Shown in pieces: positions 20,001-27,794 of a stretch of DNA of 64,000 nt; the stretch's first letter is position 1; each line of letters starts with the position of its first letter. The stretch is taken from positions 1 through 64,000 of the forward strand of contig JBDTZG010000015.1 of the NCBI GenBank assembly GCA_040005235.1. The letters are read 5' to 3'. The stretch comes from Acidobacteriota bacterium (GTDB taxonomy: Bacteria > Acidobacteriota > Thermoanaerobaculia > Multivoradales > UBA5704). The notes below the pieces were generated by a model. The model did not search any database, was not told the DNA's origin, and was given only the letters and a program-made list of their open reading frames with translations. A program made the position numbers and the translations under genes.

Positions 20001-20261
20001 TGGGAGCAGCCTTGGTTCTTTCTCGCCCTCTCGCGGGCGCCGGAATCGGTGGCTGTGAGCCCTTCCCTGCTGCGCAAAGCCATGCAGGAAGCCAACGAGC
20101 GTTCGGCGAGCCGGATCTTCGTCAGGCTGCCCGGCAAGCGTGGCCTGCTGCTGGGGCTGCTCAACGAGCGTCGCTGGTGGACGATCACGCGGGCGCGACT
20201 TTGTGGGCAGGCGATTCTTCGGCAGCACCTCGACGCCTTCGGCCTGCCCGAGACGGTATGA
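17091..20261 (+). CDS. Large N6-adenine DNA methyltransferase (type IIG/HsdM-like with TRD)
   Basis: HYTP, VLDPACGAGIFL (motif I), GNPPW (motif IV), C-terminal TRD-like region. Confidence 0.88.
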   Translation: MSPEPLIGAEDHPLSKQMRSFGCPDLIPLDQPLSSPLQIEYLDLLPKKGTSSAPLVTGVAEHQGTALLYVLDACGEGPSAAKIAEIQRQLANRSDPAWLGVARFGSLELFPIGFHETATTAPLQVIYEKDGTAPLFFQSLVHGTFSEGERVQGSDYVFKKIFDLLTQTIDEYVGEGAKGHELQPLDVLSMAGRALFFRFLIDRKIVLASEREEICPASDGLKDAFANAEKAAQTSAWLDETFNGDFLRLIDESIPAADRAARQEAYRHFYLRIERRAGKRFFHHLHAILNGWRGTGGVFQHEVDWGDLDFAHIPVGVLSQVYESFSHRADPVTARETSVHYTPRTIARLMVDQAFAAVPDPAQAMVLDPACGAGIFLVLALRRLVSERWQLDQKRPNTRIIQSILYRQLRGFDVSESALRLAALALYITAIELNGTQRPPDALKFPKDLRKGVLFHFRDDSPDEAVFSFGSLGPRVPPEFDGAFDLVIGNPPWTRLREEELESTGHKSEPGKAPKTAALNAEFTRIGQRVLRERGFGELAKRYKNPDKNPDLPFLWRAAEWAKKPTGVISLALPARLIGRTSGKGHAAWMAILKSLSVTGLINGADLRKTSVWESMDIPFCLLFARNTAPPPDHRFMFAAPLREPGLNQQSRFRLDYETAKPVSVERIERQPWVLKTLSLGTWRDVAVMEKLLRAFPQSLAAFWKEWNPEEDKTGQGFNLSPGLAQESADFLADLKVFAQPGDGISLEVRDLETFLEQYGQRTAHRPRTKNLFQPPLLIVPQSPGADQKSIRAYLFWEAVAFSQSNYGYSCAGHPEAETLAALLYLLSHSTLFSYFCLMSSRRAGFDRQTFNKEEFDAIPFPDPLLLAAPEKSAIQRLARELESNRVLSWEAIDSFLFRLYGLDDEAAQTVRDTLFSAMSYRRQGSAALDRTTQPDREPFRQELCDLLAPYFHVCGEQVFVEETRDQPDQWEQPWFFLALSRAPESVAVSPSLLRKAMQEANERSASRIFVRLPGKRGLLLGLLNERRWWTITRARLCGQAILRQHLDAFGLPETV

Positions 20262-20272
20262 ATTGAGCGCAG

Positions 20273-21010
20273 TTGGACGGTTTCTTCACCCATGGCATCC
20301 TGCCGGAGGACTATCGGCTGCCGCACCCGCGGCTCGGGTTGCCGGTGATCCTTCTGGTCCGCCGCGTTCTCGTTCGAGCTTTCGAGATCTTGTCGAAAGA
20401 GGGAGGCTCCTTGGCGACGCTGGACGAGGACGGCGTCACTCTGGCGTTACGGAACGTTATCGAGAACGACCTCCGCCATAAAGGCCGAGTCCCAGGTTTC
20501 AATCGGCATACCTTCGACTTTGTATCTCGTCCGGCTCAGGTAGAGAATTTCGATTGCTCCAAGCGGGGGAAGTCACCGGACTTGTGCTTCCGATTACGCA
20601 ACGACGAAGAAGAGCCACGCCCCGTCCTCTCCGTGCATGACGCCCTCTTCGTAGAGTGCAAGCCCGTGGACACGACCCACGCCGCAGGCGGGGAGTACTG
20701 TGACAAGGGCCTCTGCCGATTTGTCGATGGCGACTACGCTTGGGCAATGGAGGAGGCGATGATGCTCGGCTATGCCCGGGCGAGCCGGACCATCGCCAAA
20801 CACCTGATCCCCGCGATGCAGGAACCAAAACGCCTCGAAACGCTGAAGACAGTCGAACTTCCGCGCCCAACCCAGCGGGTCGAAACGGCGGCAGAGCAGG
20901 GCGCAGAAGCTCTCCACGTCAGCCGCCATCGAAGAGGCTTCATCTGGCTGGACGGCAAAGGCCCGGCGACAGATATCTGGATCTACCACTCCTGGCACCA
21001 GTGCGATTAG
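20273..21010 (+). CDS. Putative PD-(D/E)xK nuclease associated with the MTase
   Basis: SPDLCF...FVECK motif; starts 12 bp after the MTase stop. Confidence 0.6.
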   Translation: MDGFFTHGILPEDYRLPHPRLGLPVILLVRRVLVRAFEILSKEGGSLATLDEDGVTLALRNVIENDLRHKGRVPGFNRHTFDFVSRPAQVENFDCSKRGKSPDLCFRLRNDEEEPRPVLSVHDALFVECKPVDTTHAAGGEYCDKGLCRFVDGDYAWAMEEAMMLGYARASRTIAKHLIPAMQEPKRLETLKTVELPRPTQRVETAAEQGAEALHVSRHRRGFIWLDGKGPATDIWIYHSWHQCD

Positions 21011-21167
21011 CCCACCGCGGGTGAGCAACCGCACTCCCTTCCTTCCCAACGCCCCAAACCAACAATTCACCTCTCCCGCCGAACGTAGCGCCCCTTCCCG
21101 CGGGGAGGGCGGCGGTTGGCGCCGGAGGAGCCGTGGTCCGGTCAGGTGGTCGACGATCAGGGTGGCG

Positions 21168-21227
21168 ACCGGTCGGCTGGCAGAGGTAGCGCCCGGCTCT
21201 CGTCGAGGCATCACCTGTGCCCTCCAT
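21168..21227 (-). pseudogene. Possible 5' remnant of a Fic-family gene
   Basis: MEGTGDASTRAGRYLCQPTG resembles Fic N-termini (RAGRY..QPTGY); RBS and an upstream inverted repeat at about 21245-21268. Confidence 0.35.
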
Positions 21228-21490
21228 AGTTAACGCTCCCTTGAATATGGGCTGAATCTCGCCCCATATGATAGGCAGCCTATAGCACGGGAGAGGGTGC
21301 ATGGCCTTGTTAGAGGCAGATGGTGCCTCTCGCCAACCGCTGGTCCGATTCTGAGCGCGGTCGCATGGCGGGGCCGAAAAGGGAGCTTTCAGACATCCTA
21401 AGGCCGGGCTGTGCCGCCGCCTGGGGAATCAACCGCCCACTCAAAGGGCCAGGATGGGGGCGCTTCGAGGGGCCGATCGGTCGCCCGGCG

Positions 21491-22147
21491 TTATTTCTGT
21501 TTCTCAGGCACAACGATGAGGCCGGTCTCTGGCTCGCCGAAGGATTCGATCTCTCCACGAGAGAAGAAATCCGCCGTGAGCGCACAGAGGGCGGCGTCGA
21601 TCCAATCGATGCTGGTGAGCAGGTGGCGGTTCGCTATTCCGTGCCGCTGTAGAAGTTCTGACCGAAAGGCACGCTTGTTCTTCGCAGCAACCTTTCCTTG
21701 CTTCACCTCCTCCGGAGTGGCCAATTTCCAAGCGGCAGCGTGCGGGAAGGTCTCAAAGGATGCCTGCTCCGGAATGGCCGACACGTCTCCCTTGTACAAT
21801 GGGTAGGACGGTTCGAGCGCCTTAAACAGGGCAGCACCGTTTTTCATCCAGCCGTAGAAGTCCGTCCGATGGGTGCTCGCCTCGTGCTCGGTTGGCGCAT
21901 AGAAACTCTTGATGTCTTCGGCCCGGAGGCGCTTTTCGGCTCGGCGTCCGCCGCATTCGACGCTCCAGCCGCAAGGGGCATCGATCCCGACATAGCGCGC
22001 GCCGACCTCCAAGCACCAGGTGGCGATCTCCTCGGATTCCTTATGCTGCTTCCGGCGGATCACCTCTTTGTCCTGAAGCGCCACGGCATGGAAGCCTTTT
22101 TTCTCACCTCCAACATCGACTCCAACGACGATCGGCGAGGAAGACAT
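21491..22147 (-). CDS. DUF429 family predicted nuclease (RNase H-like fold)
   Basis: VGVDVGG, GIDAPCGW, ETFPH, DWIDAALCA, GLIVVP. Confidence 0.85.
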   Translation of the reverse strand: MSSSPIVVGVDVGGEKKGFHAVALQDKEVIRRKQHKESEEIATWCLEVGARYVGIDAPCGWSVECGGRRAEKRLRAEDIKSFYAPTEHEASTHRTDFYGWMKNGAALFKALEPSYPLYKGDVSAIPEQASFETFPHAAAWKLATPEEVKQGKVAAKNKRAFRSELLQRHGIANRHLLTSIDWIDAALCALTADFFSRGEIESFGEPETGLIVVPEKQK

Positions 22148-22159
22148 CGAGTCTCCTTC

Positions 22160-22228
22160 TCAGTGGCTAGTAGTCAACTCGGCAATAAGAGCATCTATCA
22201 GGTTCGCGGCGGTAGCGCGGGAGAAGGC
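22160..22228 (-). pseudogene. Possible 3' remnant of a type I R-M specificity subunit gene
   Basis: Reads AFSRATAANLIDALIAELTTSH*, resembling the C-terminal helix of HsdS proteins. Confidence 0.4.
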
Positions 22229-22229
22229 T

Positions 22230-22925
22230 TCATTGTTTCAACCACCCCTCCAGCCTCTCGATCCAGCCGCGAAACAGGGGGCACTCTCGCCGGATGGCGT
22301 CCAGGCCGATCGCGAGGACGGCCAAGTTTCCCATCAGCGGCTTTTGGTAGCTCGGCACCAGTTGCAGGATCCGCTTGGAGGGGGCGGTGTGGGGGGAGTC
22401 ATTGATCTCTTCGGGGGTCGCAAACTCGTCACGGATCTCTTGGAATTTGGGCGCCAGATCCGGCCGGCCGATGCCTTGGCCGAAGCGGGTTGCGTCGCTG
22501 AACAGCAGTCCTTCGAACTCATGCATCATGACGTACGGAATGAAACGGGAGCGCCCTGGACCCTCGCCGAGCTCGGCGTGGATGTCGGCCAGGAGTGCGC
22601 TTTCCACTGTGGCCGCCTTTTTCTCAAATCCCAGCCGCGCCGCTGCGAAGCGGCCCGGCCAGGACCTTTCTCCCGTTTGGGGAAGCGCGTAGAAATCCAC
22701 CATCGTCGTCGCGAGGGCGCCTGCGTCCTCCTTCAAGTGGCGGAGGATGTCCTTGCGCACAGCGCTCCACGCCTTGATTCCCCCGCGGCGGTCGCGCTGT
22801 CGGGAGTTGCCGACCAGCCGGGCACCGACGCTCGTGTAGCCGTGGGCGTAAAGATGCGGGGCCAGCGCTTCGTTGACGAAGGTTTCCTCGGTCTCGCCTT
22901 CAACGTGGATCAGCAGGCGGGACAT
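22230..22925 (-). CDS. DUF4276 family protein (TOPRIM-like)
   Basis: IHVEGETEE, TTMVDFY, HEFEGLLF, PEEIND, PSKRI, YQK, CPLF..W. Confidence 0.88.
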   Translation of the reverse strand: MSRLLIHVEGETEETFVNEALAPHLYAHGYTSVGARLVGNSRQRDRRGGIKAWSAVRKDILRHLKEDAGALATTMVDFYALPQTGERSWPGRFAAARLGFEKKAATVESALLADIHAELGEGPGRSRFIPYVMMHEFEGLLFSDATRFGQGIGRPDLAPKFQEIRDEFATPEEINDSPHTAPSKRILQLVPSYQKPLMGNLAVLAIGLDAIRRECPLFRGWIERLEGWLKQ

Positions 22926-22929
22926 GGGT

Positions 22930-24033
22930 TCACTCGACCCCGGGCCGGCCGCCCAGCTCGTTCTTCTCCCAAAGCTGGCCCAGGCTGTAATCCTCCAGCC
23001 AGGATTCCAGCTTCGCGGGGTCCAACCGGGTGAACTGAGTACCTCCGTCCACGCGATCGGCCACCAGCACGTCTTCCGGCTGGAACTGGTCGAGCAGGAA
23101 CGGCGATTGGGTCGAGACGATCACTTGGGTACCGGTCGAGACCTGCTTGATCAGCGAGCCCAACAGAGTGATGGCATACGGGTGGAGCCCCAATTCGGGC
23201 TCGTCCACCAAGATGACCGAAGGCCGATACCGGTTCGGCTGAAGGAATAGCGTAGCCAAGGCGATGAACCGGAGTGTGCCATCCGAGAGGGACGAGGCGT
23301 TGAAATAGGACTCCGACCCCTTGTGCCGCCATTCCAGACGGATGGTCTCCGGGTTCTTCTCTTGAGGCTCCAACTGAAAGTCATCGAAGAACGGGGCAGC
23401 AAGGGCGACGGTACGCCGGATGAGGCTATAGCAGTCCTCGTACTTGTTCCTCAAGAGGTAGAGGAATGACGCCAGGTTCGAGCCATCCGGACGCAGATAG
23501 CGGTTGTCGTTTAGGTCCGCCGTCTTCTTCATCGGCGAGGACGAGCTGGTATCGTGGAAGTGGTAGAGCCGCCAACGGTCGAGGTCCGCGCGAACGTATG
23601 AGACTATCCCTTCGGCACTGGGTGAGCTAATGCCGGCCTCTTTGCCTCTGCGCGAGACTCCTTCCCACATGGGGTGCTTATAGCCGAAGCGCCTAAACCC
23701 GACCTGTTCGGACTTCGGCACCAGCTCGTCGGCATCGGTCGGCTGAAGCTCGATCCTGTAATGGTTCGTACCGCCCTGGAACGAGACATGAACGTGGAGG
23801 CTCTTCGTTTCCTTCGAGCCGAAGTGCAGTACTTTGTCGGCACCACCCGCCCGGAGAACGTAGTCTTCCAGGTGGCCTTCACGGATGGCGTGGAGAAAAG
23901 AGAACACCCCGATGAAGTTCGACTTCCCCGAGCCGTTCGGGCCAATCAACACGTTGATCGGCGCGAGCTTCAGCTTCTCGATCGAAGCGATGCTCTTGAA
24001 GCCTTTGACGGTAATGGTGTCCAGCTCAGGCAT
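22930..24033 (-). CDS. ABC-type AAA ATPase (AAA_21/AAA_15-like)
   Basis: GFKSI, GPNGSGKS (Walker A), LSDGT signature, ILVDEPELGLHP (Walker B), STQS. Confidence 0.9.
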   Translation of the reverse strand: MPELDTITVKGFKSIASIEKLKLAPINVLIGPNGSGKSNFIGVFSFLHAIREGHLEDYVLRAGGADKVLHFGSKETKSLHVHVSFQGGTNHYRIELQPTDADELVPKSEQVGFRRFGYKHPMWEGVSRRGKEAGISSPSAEGIVSYVRADLDRWRLYHFHDTSSSSPMKKTADLNDNRYLRPDGSNLASFLYLLRNKYEDCYSLIRRTVALAAPFFDDFQLEPQEKNPETIRLEWRHKGSESYFNASSLSDGTLRFIALATLFLQPNRYRPSVILVDEPELGLHPYAITLLGSLIKQVSTGTQVIVSTQSPFLLDQFQPEDVLVADRVDGGTQFTRLDPAKLESWLEDYSLGQLWEKNELGGRPGVE

Positions 24034-24260
24034 GGATCTCTTCTCGTCGAATTCGAGAGCCGGCGGGCTCGGCGGTTCAGGGCGATAGTATGACGCACCG
24101 ACAAGTGAAATTTGGGCATCCCGACCGCTCGACGGGCGCGCCTGCGCCAGCTCCACCGGCGCAAGCGCGGTGCGGTGAGAGAAAGCGGCTTTACGCTCTG
24201 GAGCGTGGCGATGCGGGCCGTATCGTCGCCATCCACGGCCAAAACCGCCCTCCAGCCCCA

Positions 24261-24540
24261 GGAAGTCACTTCCTGGCGTGGGAAGTCGCTTCCTGGGCTG
24301 GGAAGTCACTTCCTGGCGTGGGAAGTCACTTCCTGGGCCGGGAAGTGACTTCCTGGACCGGAGAGCCCCTGGGTCCGCTGGCAAGCCGCTTGCCGCTCCG
24401 GCAGTCCGCTTGCCGCTCCGGGGAACCGCCGGCCGGTCCGGCAAGCCGCTTGCGGCGCCGGGGAGCCGCCGGTCGGTCGCGGAAGTCTCTTGCGGCGCCG
24501 GGAAGTCGCCGGGCCGGCCGGTGAAGCGCTTGCCGCGGGG
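24261..24540. repeat. 20-bp-period tandem repeat, about 14 units, palindromic core GGAAGTCACTTCC
   Basis: Units at 24261, 24281, 24301, 24321 and 24341 are near-identical; later units are degenerate at the same phase. Confidence 0.9.
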
Positions 24541-24665
24541 GCGGACGGCCGGGGATCTGCCTTTACTCTTCGCCCTCGATCGGGCTAGATTGCGCCCCTA
24601 GCCAGCCGCCCGGTTCGCCCGGGCTCCCCCGATTAGATTCTCTTTTCTCCTCCGGAACTCGAATT

Positions 24666-25388
24666 ATGGGCCGCATCTTCGAAACTCGAAAACACACGAT
24701 GTTCGCGCGCTGGGACCGGATGTCCAAGCAGTTCAACCGGATCGGCAAAGAGATTACGATCGCGGTGAAGGCCGGCGGCGGCGATCCGACGATGAACCCG
24801 ATGCTGCGGCGGGTGATTCAGAACGCGCGGGCGATCAACATGCCGAAGGAGAAGGTCGATTCGGCGATCAAGCGCGCTTCGGGCCAGGATGCGGCGGTCT
24901 ACGAAGAGATCGTCTACGAGGGGTACGCGCCGAACGGCATCGCGATTCTGGTCGAGACCGCGACCGACAACCCGACCCGCACGGTGGCCAACCTGCGCAC
25001 CCATTTCAACAAGGGGAACGGCAACCTGGGCAGCTCGGGCAGCGTCGCCTTTCTGTTCAAGAAGATGGGCGTGTTCCGGCTGAATCCCAAAGGGATCGAC
25101 GCCGAAGAGCTGGAACTCGACCTGATCGACCATGGCCTCGAAGAAATGGGCGAGACGACCGGCGAAAAAGACGAGCCCCAGCTGTTGATCCGTGGTGCTT
25201 GGAACGACTTCGGCAACCTTCAGAAGGCGCTCGAAGACCGCGGCATCACGCCGATCTCGGCCGAGGCGGAATTCATCCCGACGACCCCGACGGAGCTGCC
25301 CGAGGACAAGGCGACCGAGGTGCTGGCGCTGGTCGATCGCCTGGAGCAGGACGACGACGTGCAGCGGGTGTTCCACAACCTGGTGTAG
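24666..25388 (+). CDS. yebC: YebC/PmpR family protein
   Basis: [44 protein letters not shown]. Confidence 0.93.
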   Translation: MGRIFETRKHTMFARWDRMSKQFNRIGKEITIAVKAGGGDPTMNPMLRRVIQNARAINMPKEKVDSAIKRASGQDAAVYEEIVYEGYAPNGIAILVETATDNPTRTVANLRTHFNKGNGNLGSSGSVAFLFKKMGVFRLNPKGIDAEELELDLIDHGLEEMGETTGEKDEPQLLIRGAWNDFGNLQKALEDRGITPISAEAEFIPTTPTELPEDKATEVLALVDRLEQDDDVQRVFHNLV

Positions 25389-25841
25389 CTAACTCGCCTT
25401 CCGCCGCTCCGCGTCGCGCCGGGCGATCTCGTCGGGGGAGACGTCCTCGATGTGGGTGGCGATCCACCACTGGTTGCCGGACGGGTCGATCACGCCGCCG
25501 TGGCGGTCGCCGTAGAACATGTCTTCCGGTTCGGCCTGCGATTTCGCCCCGGCGGCGATCGCTTTCGCGTACAGCGCGTCGCAATCCTCGACGTAGAGAT
25601 AGATCGCGCAGGGCAGCGCCGGCCATTGCGGCTGGGTTCCCGAGAGCATCACGCGCGAATCGCCGATTTGGATCTCGGCGTGGCCGATCTCGCCGTTCTC
25701 GCGCAGCGAACGGAACAGGACCTTGGCGTCGAACGCCGCTTCGAGGAATTCGAGCATGCGGGCTGGGTCATCGACCACGAGATAGGGGGTGACCGTGTGG
25801 TACCCCTCGGGGATCGGTTTGACGGAAGAAGCGGGGTTCAT
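25389..25841 (-). CDS. VOC/glyoxalase (PhnB-like) protein
   Basis: PEGYHTVTPYL, HAEIQIGDS, FYGDRHGGVIDPSGNQW. Confidence 0.9.
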   Translation of the reverse strand: MNPASSVKPIPEGYHTVTPYLVVDDPARMLEFLEAAFDAKVLFRSLRENGEIGHAEIQIGDSRVMLSGTQPQWPALPCAIYLYVEDCDALYAKAIAAGAKSQAEPEDMFYGDRHGGVIDPSGNQWWIATHIEDVSPDEIARRDAERRKAS

Positions 25842-25946
25842 GGCGTGCCTCCAGGAGTTTGAGGGAGCCGGCATCGACGTCCCGAGGCGCATTTTGCCGT
25901 GGCGTCGGCGGCTCCGTCTTGGAAAAAAGTCCGCCGATCCAACCTC

Positions 25947-26804
25947 TCAGCCTGCCGGCTCGGCCAGGCTCACGCTTTCGGGGTAATGGCTTCTCGCCAG
26001 GTAGTCACCGGGCGAGAAGCCCGCGATCTCGCGGAACTCGGCGTTCAGGTGCGGCTGGTCGTAGTAGCCGGAAGAACAGGCGAGATCCGCCAGGTTCTCC
26101 TTAGGATTGAGGGCGTGCAAGCGCGCCAGCGTGCGGCGAAAACGGACGATCCGGGCGAGCACTTTCGGCGGCACCCCAACCTGCTCCTTGAATCGCTCGG
26201 TAAGCCGGCTCTTCGACCAGCCGGTCCGCTCTCGCAATGCCGCGATCGAGACCGCGCCCCCCTGCCGTTCGATCTCCGCGGCGGTCCAGGCGACCGCAGG
26301 GTCGGGGGCCAGGGCGCGCGCCATCCGCTCGGTGATCCAACGTTCGGCGGCGCGCAGACGGGCCTCAGGGCTCGCCGCTTCGGCGCAGCGTTCGGCCAGC
26401 TCGGCCGAGGCGGACGGGATCAGATCGGCAAGATCGACGGTGATTCCCGCAAGGTTGGGGAGCGGGCGGCCGAGCAGGGCGTAGGCTCCCGCCGGATGGA
26501 GTCGGATCCCGAGCACCGCGCACTCCCCCGGCGGGGCCTCGATCAGATTCGAGCGCAGCAGGAGTCCCGAAATGCAAACCGTCGAGAAGCGCTCCACCCG
26601 CATTCCGTCCACCTGGGCGTAACGCGGCCCTAAATGAACGATCAGATCCACCCGCCCATCGGGAAAGACGCGCTCACGCGGTAGAGCGACGAAGCCTTCG
26701 AAGTACCAGAGTGCGTCGACGATTCCCGCGAGGTGAGCCGGCTTCGAACCGGTCATCGTCCAACGGCCGAGCGGCGAATCGTGGGTCTGGATTTCGATCG
26801 GCAT
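25947..26804 (-). CDS. AraC family transcriptional regulator
   Basis: ERVFPDG N-domain; F..QVGVPPK..RIVRF; GYYDQPHLNAEFR. Confidence 0.9.
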   Translation of the reverse strand: MPIEIQTHDSPLGRWTMTGSKPAHLAGIVDALWYFEGFVALPRERVFPDGRVDLIVHLGPRYAQVDGMRVERFSTVCISGLLLRSNLIEAPPGECAVLGIRLHPAGAYALLGRPLPNLAGITVDLADLIPSASAELAERCAEAASPEARLRAAERWITERMARALAPDPAVAWTAAEIERQGGAVSIAALRERTGWSKSRLTERFKEQVGVPPKVLARIVRFRRTLARLHALNPKENLADLACSSGYYDQPHLNAEFREIAGFSPGDYLARSHYPESVSLAEPAG

Positions 26805-26813
26805 TCCCGCGAC

Positions 26814-27794
26814 CTACCAAAGTTTTCGGAAACAGAACCATTGGTAGGGATCTTCGCGGATCGTCGATTCCAGCTCTGTCAGGAACCGGCCGATGGCGTA
26901 GCGGACGTCGGCGTCCCGGTCGTTCGTCCGGGGGACGTGGATCGGCGGACGGACCTCGCTCTTGTATTGCAGACGGCCGACCCGGCGAATAAACACCGGC
27001 AAAAGGGGAACGCCCGCCGCGCGGGCGAGGCTCGCCGGGCCGATGGGCAGCGGGAAGGGCCGGCCGAACAGCGTTCCTCCGGTCGGCTTGCCCCAGCTGC
27101 GCGGCCGATCGCCTTGCAGGGCCACTATGTCGCCGTCGCGCAGCGCATCGAGCAACAGCATCGAGAGACTGGGGTCGTGATCCGCAAAATGGGTGAAGTA
27201 GCGGCGACCATCCGACTGCTTCTCGATCAATCCACGGATGAACTCTTGCGCCCGCGGGTCGGTCTCCCCTTCGCGGACGACGTGGACCGTTCGGCCGGTC
27301 ACCGTCGAAGGGACGAACGACCCTGCCTCCCAGCTGCCGTAGTGGGCGGTGAGCAGGATGAACCCGCCCGGCGCCTCGGTCACCTCGCGCCAGGAATCCA
27401 TGCCGGAGATCACGGTGTGCGGTTGGCGCTTGCCGGCGAGGTTTTCGTAGCGCTCGGTCAGGCACCAGGAGTAGACGTGGATCAGGCGGAAGATCCGTTT
27501 CTGGCGCTCGAACCAGCCGCAAGGACCGAGGACGGCTTCGAGGTTGCTCGCGATCGCACGGCGGATGTTCAACAAGGTCGTCCCGAAGAAGACGGTGAAG
27601 ACCCCGATCGCCGGCCCGATCAGCCAGCTGGGCAGGTTGCGGATGCCGAAGAGGTGAAAGCGAAACCAGAACACCCCGGTGACATAGAACGGCCCCAGGA
27701 TCCGCCGCCAGATCCCCGCTTCGGGAGCGTGGGGCGGCGTCTGCGGCGCCTGAGGAGACTTGGGGGCGTGAGGGGCGGCCTCGGCAACGCTCAA
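26814..27794 (-). CDS. LpxL-like lysophospholipid/lipid A acyltransferase family protein
   Basis: TAHYGSWE (HxxxxE), VALQGDR, PYQWF; TTG start overlapping the MMPL stop. Confidence 0.85.
   Translation of the reverse strand: MSVAEAAPHAPKSPQAPQTPPHAPEAGIWRRILGPFYVTGVFWFRFHLFGIRNLPSWLIGPAIGVFTVFFGTTLLNIRRAIASNLEAVLGPCGWFERQKRIFRLIHVYSWCLTERYENLAGKRQPHTVISGMDSWREVTEAPGGFILLTAHYGSWEAGSFVPSTVTGRTVHVVREGETDPRAQEFIRGLIEKQSDGRRYFTHFADHDPSLSMLLLDALRDGDIVALQGDRPRSWGKPTGGTLFGRPFPLPIGPASLARAAGVPLLPVFIRRVGRLQYKSEVRPPIHVPRTNDRDADVRYAIGRFLTELESTIREDPYQWFCFRKLW

Noticed and set aside
24261-24540. CRISPR array
   Set aside because: The period is only 20 bp, with no unique spacers of 25-45 bp and no cas genes.
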